Of a DNA stretch of 64,000 nt, positions 60,325 to 64,000 are shown piece after piece (within the stretch, counting starts at the first letter, position 1; the number at the start of each line of letters is the position of its first letter). The notes beneath the pieces were generated by a model that was not told the origin of the DNA, made no database searches, and saw only the letters and a program-made list of their open reading frames with translations. The stretch comes from an uncultured bacterium (GTDB lineage: Bacteria > Verrucomicrobiota > Verrucomicrobiia > Limisphaerales > UBA8199): the NCBI GenBank assembly GCA_963749495.1, contig CAVVMW010000023.1, positions 160,001 through 224,000 on the forward strand. The letters run 5' to 3'. Position numbers and translations under genes: made by a program.

Positions 60325-61734
60325 ATGAATACAAACTCCGTCAGAGCAGCAGTAATCGGCAAAGACGGCCGCACAAGTGCGATAATGGAAGCCCTCAGCA
60401 GAAGCCGGCGGATTGCTGATGAAGTTGACTGCCTGTCCCAATGGAAAACCTTCTCGTTTGCCTCAAGCCGTTTCGAGGAAGTTCGTCTCTATCTCCAAAG
60501 ACTGGAGAAGCTCAATCGAAAACCGGATCTTGTCGTGTGCGGCCCGGAAGAACCTTTGGCAACGGAGGAGGGCATCGTAAATTGGTTACATAGCCAATTT
60601 GGAATCCCATGCGTCGGTCCCACGAAAAAAGTCGCGCAAATTGAATCAAGCAAGTCTTTCACGCGCCAATTGCTCGCCAAACACGCGATACCGGGAAATC
60701 CAAAGTTCAGGATTTTTCCCGCTCTGAGCGGGATCGAACCTTATCTCAAAGAATTAGGGAGTTTTGTTGTAAAACCCGACGGTTTAACCGGTGGAAAGGG
60801 CGTCAGAGTTTTCGGTGAGCACCTTCACTCGATTGCAGATGCGCTTTCTTACTGCCGGGAGGTCCTCGAACAAAGACACCCTTCCGTTTTAATCGAGGAA
60901 AAACTAGACGGCGAAGAGTTCAGTCTCCAGTCGTTTTCCGACGGCATCCATGTCAAACATATGCCAGTCGTCCAGGATCATAAACGCGCACGCACGGGCG
61001 ACACAGGTCCCAACACTGGGGGCATGGGCTCATATTCGTGCGCCAACCACACCATGCCGTTTCTGCGTCCAGACGATCTCCGGGAGGCGCGCGCTATCAA
61101 CGAACTTGTCGTGAAAGCATTGCTGGAGGAAACGCGTGAGCCTTACAAGGGCATTCTGTATGGGGGGTTCATGGCGACGCGCAACGGCGTTCGCCTAATC
61201 GAATATAACGCACGATTTGGCGATCCGGAGGCACTGAATGTACTCTCATTGTTGAGAACCGATTTTCTGGACGTTTGCGAGGCCATCCTGCAGGGCACAC
61301 TCAACAAATTGCCAATCAGATTTGAGAAGCTAGCGACAGTATGCAAATACGTTGTTCCTCTAGGATATCCAGAACATCCCGTCAAGGATGAGGTTATCGA
61401 TTTGACCGGCGTGCCTGCCAGATCAGCGAGCCTGAGAATGTTCCTCGCGGCGGTTGATAAAGTTGATAAAAGTGACGGCCGATTGTTTCGTTTGTCTGGC
61501 TCTAGGGCAATCGCCTTTGTCGGTATCGGTGCAGATGTTGCAGAGGCAGAAAGGATCGCCGAAAGAGCGGTCTGCGCCGTACGAGGTCCAGTCTATCACC
61601 GGAAAGACATCGGGACACAGGAGCTGATCGCAAAAAGAGTTGCCCACATGCGAAGACTGCTCTCAGATGATGCAGAGGTCGTAGGCGCGCATGATTACGC
61701 CCATCGGGCTGGTGTTCTCAAGCTAGTATCGTGA
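60325..61734 (+). CDS. purD: Phosphoribosylamine-glycine ligase (PurD) homologue, archaeal-type C-domain, divergent N-terminus
   Basis: GPE.PL, ESSK.F, VKPDGLTGGKGV, GEEFS, QDHKR...GD.GPNTGGMG, EYNARFGDPE, KYVVP.GYP, RKDIG. Confidence 0.85.
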   Translation: MNTNSVRAAVIGKDGRTSAIMEALSRSRRIADEVDCLSQWKTFSFASSRFEEVRLYLQRLEKLNRKPDLVVCGPEEPLATEEGIVNWLHSQFGIPCVGPTKKVAQIESSKSFTRQLLAKHAIPGNPKFRIFPALSGIEPYLKELGSFVVKPDGLTGGKGVRVFGEHLHSIADALSYCREVLEQRHPSVLIEEKLDGEEFSLQSFSDGIHVKHMPVVQDHKRARTGDTGPNTGGMGSYSCANHTMPFLRPDDLREARAINELVVKALLEETREPYKGILYGGFMATRNGVRLIEYNARFGDPEALNVLSLLRTDFLDVCEAILQGTLNKLPIRFEKLATVCKYVVPLGYPEHPVKDEVIDLTGVPARSASLRMFLAAVDKVDKSDGRLFRLSGSRAIAFVGIGADVAEAERIAERAVCAVRGPVYHRKDIGTQELIAKRVAHMRRLLSDDAEVVGAHDYAHRAGVLKLVS

Positions 61735-62219
61735 AGGAGGATACCGCTATGAAAAACCCCACGAAGATGGCCGAATCGCTTACCGAAGCTGTACGCGAGA
61801 GGGACCCTGAGCGGTTGCTCACACTCAATCGGTTATCGTTGCAAGCAAAGGTTGACCTTAGAGAGGCCCTGAAAATAGGAGCGCTTGCTCGGAAAGACCG
61901 AGAACAGCTCATTCAATGGGCTTGGCACGACAATTCCTCGATCAAACAAGCAGCGAGGACGTTGATCTTACTGGTTGACCTGGATCTCGCAGCATGCTGT
62001 TTTGAAAAGTTTCTGGCCACCGGTCACCTGAGTCCTCCATTTGAACTCCGTTACAACAGTTCAGAGCATGAGTTTCACGTGGACCTTCCTGAGACACCTG
62101 GCCGTGGCGTCTCCCACTATGGGCGAGACGACAAGGAAATTGATCGAATCCTCCTAGTCCTCGAACGTGCGTACCAGAAGATGTATCCACAACAAACAAC
62201 GTCCGGCTTTCGCACTTGA
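61731..62219 (+). CDS. Hypothetical protein coupled to the purD-like gene
   Basis: GTG overlaps the purD stop; alternative ATG at 61749 follows AGGAGG. Confidence 0.65.
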   Translation: MKEDTAMKNPTKMAESLTEAVRERDPERLLTLNRLSLQAKVDLREALKIGALARKDREQLIQWAWHDNSSIKQAARTLILLVDLDLAACCFEKFLATGHLSPPFELRYNSSEHEFHVDLPETPGRGVSHYGRDDKEIDRILLVLERAYQKMYPQQTTSGFRT

Positions 62220-62274
62220 TGTTCAAGGGCAAGACCAAATGTCCCCGCGGTCCCGGGACTCGCACGATTCGCAC

Positions 62275-62310
62275 AAAAAGAGCCGCGCTGAAGTGCGCGG
62301 CTTTGACTTT
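62275..62310. terminator. Bidirectional terminator-like hairpin
   Basis: AAAAAGAGCCGCGC-TGAAGT-GCGCGGCTTT between convergent genes. Confidence 0.6.
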
Positions 62311-62670
62311 ACAGGGCGAAGTACCCAACTCTCTCAAAGAACAATGGGTTGGATTCCCCACAATCACATGATCGAGAACTTCGATTTTCATGATCTGCCC
62401 CGCGCGGATGAGGTCGCGCGTCACCTTGATATCATCCTCTGACGGTTGCGGCTCGCCACTTGGATGGTTGTGCATCATCAGAATTGCGGCGGCGGCGGCG
62501 ATCACGGCACCTCGGAAAACGGCTCTCGGATGCACCAGGATTGTGTCCATGGTTCCGATGGAGATGAACTGATGCCCTCGGACGCGGCGCCGAGTGTTCA
62601 ACAGCAAGGCCGCGAAGCAGTCGCACTCCGGGTTGAAGCAGCGGTTTCCCGGCAGGTCCTGCCACGCTCT
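62309..62670 (-). pseudogene. radC: RadC/JAB-domain remnant
   Basis: LLLNTR..V.G...ISIGT....LVHPR.VF, HNHPSG.P.PS.DD, LDHVIVG, SLRELG; N-terminus lost; frameshift before YFAL-stop. Confidence 0.82.
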
Positions 62671-62708
62671 GCTGGGGAACAACTGGAACGCTATCCAGGG
62701 AAACGAGA

Positions 62709-63026
62709 TCACGCCCCTGCCGGCTCGAACGTCGCCAGCGGCTTCACGTCACGCTCGATTTGCTGCTGCTTCGCGTACCGCGCCAACCGCAAATCATAGT
62801 CCGCCTGCAAGCCGGTCCACATTTCCGCCGAAGTGCCGAAGAAGCGGGCGAGCCGCAATGCCGTGTCGGCGGTGATCGCGCGCTTCTCCAGCACGATCTC
62901 ATTGATACGCCGTGGCGGCACCTTCAGCGCGCGAGCCAGAGCGTTTTGTGACAACCCGTGCGGCCTCATGAGTTCCTCCCGCAGAATTTCCCCCGGATGT
63001 ATCGGGGCCAGTTTGTTCGCTTTCAT
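62709..63026 (-). CDS. higA: HigA antitoxin (Xre HTH)
   Basis: PIHPGEIL.EE, RINEIV..KRAITADTALRLARFFGTS...W..LQ..YDL. Confidence 0.95.
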   Translation of the reverse strand: MKANKLAPIHPGEILREELMRPHGLSQNALARALKVPPRRINEIVLEKRAITADTALRLARFFGTSAEMWTGLQADYDLRLARYAKQQQIERDVKPLATFEPAGA

Positions 63027-63031
63027 AGCTC

Positions 63032-63256
63032 TCAGTGGTAATCCACAATTTCAACGCCCTGCGCGTGCTCACCCTGCCAGCGGAAGCAAATCCGCCACTG
63101 GTCATTGATGCGGATGCTGTGCTGGCCGGCCCGGCCGCCCCTCAGGGCCTCCAGACGATTGCCGGGCGGAGCGCGCAAATCGTCCAGTCGCCGAGGCTGG
63201 TGCAGCAGGAGCAATTTCCGCCGCGCCACGCGCTGAAGCCGCTTTGAGCGGTTCAC
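63032..63256 (-). pseudogene. higB: HigB (RelE-family) toxin, N-terminally truncated
   Basis: ARRKL..L, DL..PPGNRLEAL.G.R.GQHSIRINDQWRICF.W, VEIVDYH; the usual MIxSF start is absent. Confidence 0.8.
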
Positions 63257-64000
63257 AATTTCAAGCCTCGGGCTTTGCCGGAGGTCGCTGACACCGCGTC
63301 CCGCAGTGGCGTTGCGCCAACTGCCGGGCTTCGGGGACTGGCTGGTGTGCGGCGTGAGCAGCCAACTCCATCAATACCTGCTGGCAAACGCTGATAGCGG
63401 TCGCGATAGCGGCCCGGAGAGACTCCGTTCATCTTGGCAAAAAAGCGGTTGAAATAGTACTCATCGGAGAACCGCAGCTTATCCGTGATGTCCGCCAACG
63501 TCGAGTTCGTGCCCAGGACCAGGCGGATGGCTTCTTCGTTGAGCCGCCGGTTGAGATAGGCCTTAATCGGCATCCCCAGCCGGCGCGAAAAGGCCTGGGA
63601 CAACGTCCGAGGATTGGTTTTGTAAGCGGCGGCCAGGTCGCGAACCCGCAGGTTGGCGGCCAATCGTTGGTCGATCGTTTCCAGCACCTTGCGGAACGGC
63701 TCGACTTTGTCCGCCCGGGCACGGAGGATACGGTCCAGGTCCGGCACGGCGTCGGCGATCCACCCAGCGAGTTGTCCACGCAACCGCAAGAGGAAGCTGG
63801 CCGTCAGTTTGGCGCCTCGGAGAACTGGTTCAAGCCATTCGGATGACCAGGGGCCCAACCGCGCCGGTTTCCGCTCGGGCCAGTCGAGGAACGGGTCGTC
63901 CCCCGCCAGCCATTCGCAGCAGAACTCAAGGAAAACCACGTCGAATCGGTCGCTGAAGGTTCGCTCGACCGGCGTATTGCCTGGCAGCCAATAGGCCCAT
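63253..64000 (-). CDS. AraC-family transcriptional regulator (5' end outside window)
   Basis: Double HTH: LA......LS..F....G, L.F.DEYYFNRFF.K..G.SP..YR. Confidence 0.88.
   Translation of the reverse strand, partial: WAYWLPGNTPVERTFSDRFDVVFLEFCCEWLAGDDPFLDWPERKPARLGPWSSEWLEPVLRGAKLTASFLLRLRGQLAGWIADAVPDLDRILRARADKVEPFRKVLETIDQRLAANLRVRDLAAAYKTNPRTLSQAFSRRLGMPIKAYLNRRLNEEAIRLVLGTNSTLADITDKLRFSDEYYFNRFFAKMNGVSPGRYRDRYQRLPAGIDGVGCSRRTPASPRSPAVGATPLRDAVSATSGKARGLKL

Noticed and set aside
61942..62308. C-terminal extension of the RadC ORF
   Set aside because: Produced by a frameshift before YFAL-stop; it runs through a terminator and overlaps the opposite-strand gene

Overview
GC-rich bacterial chromosome segment. 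The ECF sigma factors with long C-terminal extensions, the ECF/kinase pair, the DUF1080/GH content and the repeat types suggest Verrucomicrobiota or a PVC relative (inference). In order, the window holds: a PAS kinase and hybrid kinase, ychF, glycoside hydrolases, two very large membrane-anchored ECF sigma factors, a sugar-use block, an ECF sigma + Ser/Thr kinase module whose downstream genes share a 30-bp promoter-like motif, a 3' remnant of a group II intron, a corrinoid methyltransferase trio, an 8-kb multihaem electron-transfer cluster (monohaem c, ImcH-like, CbcL-like, compact Hmc-like D/A/B/C, then an AcfC-DsrE fusion), vapBC, a fucosidase, a malectin-containing hydrolase, and a decayed mobile/defence island from about 53 kb (DUF2806, type IIG RM bracketed by 112-bp structured direct repeats, a divergent purD-like operon, radC remnant, higBA). 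Intergenic DNA carries many REP/MITE-like families, several of them nested. About ten small frameshifts split otherwise intact genes and are probably assembly errors. No rRNA, tRNA or CRISPR array was seen. All family calls come from reading motifs by eye; no database search was run.
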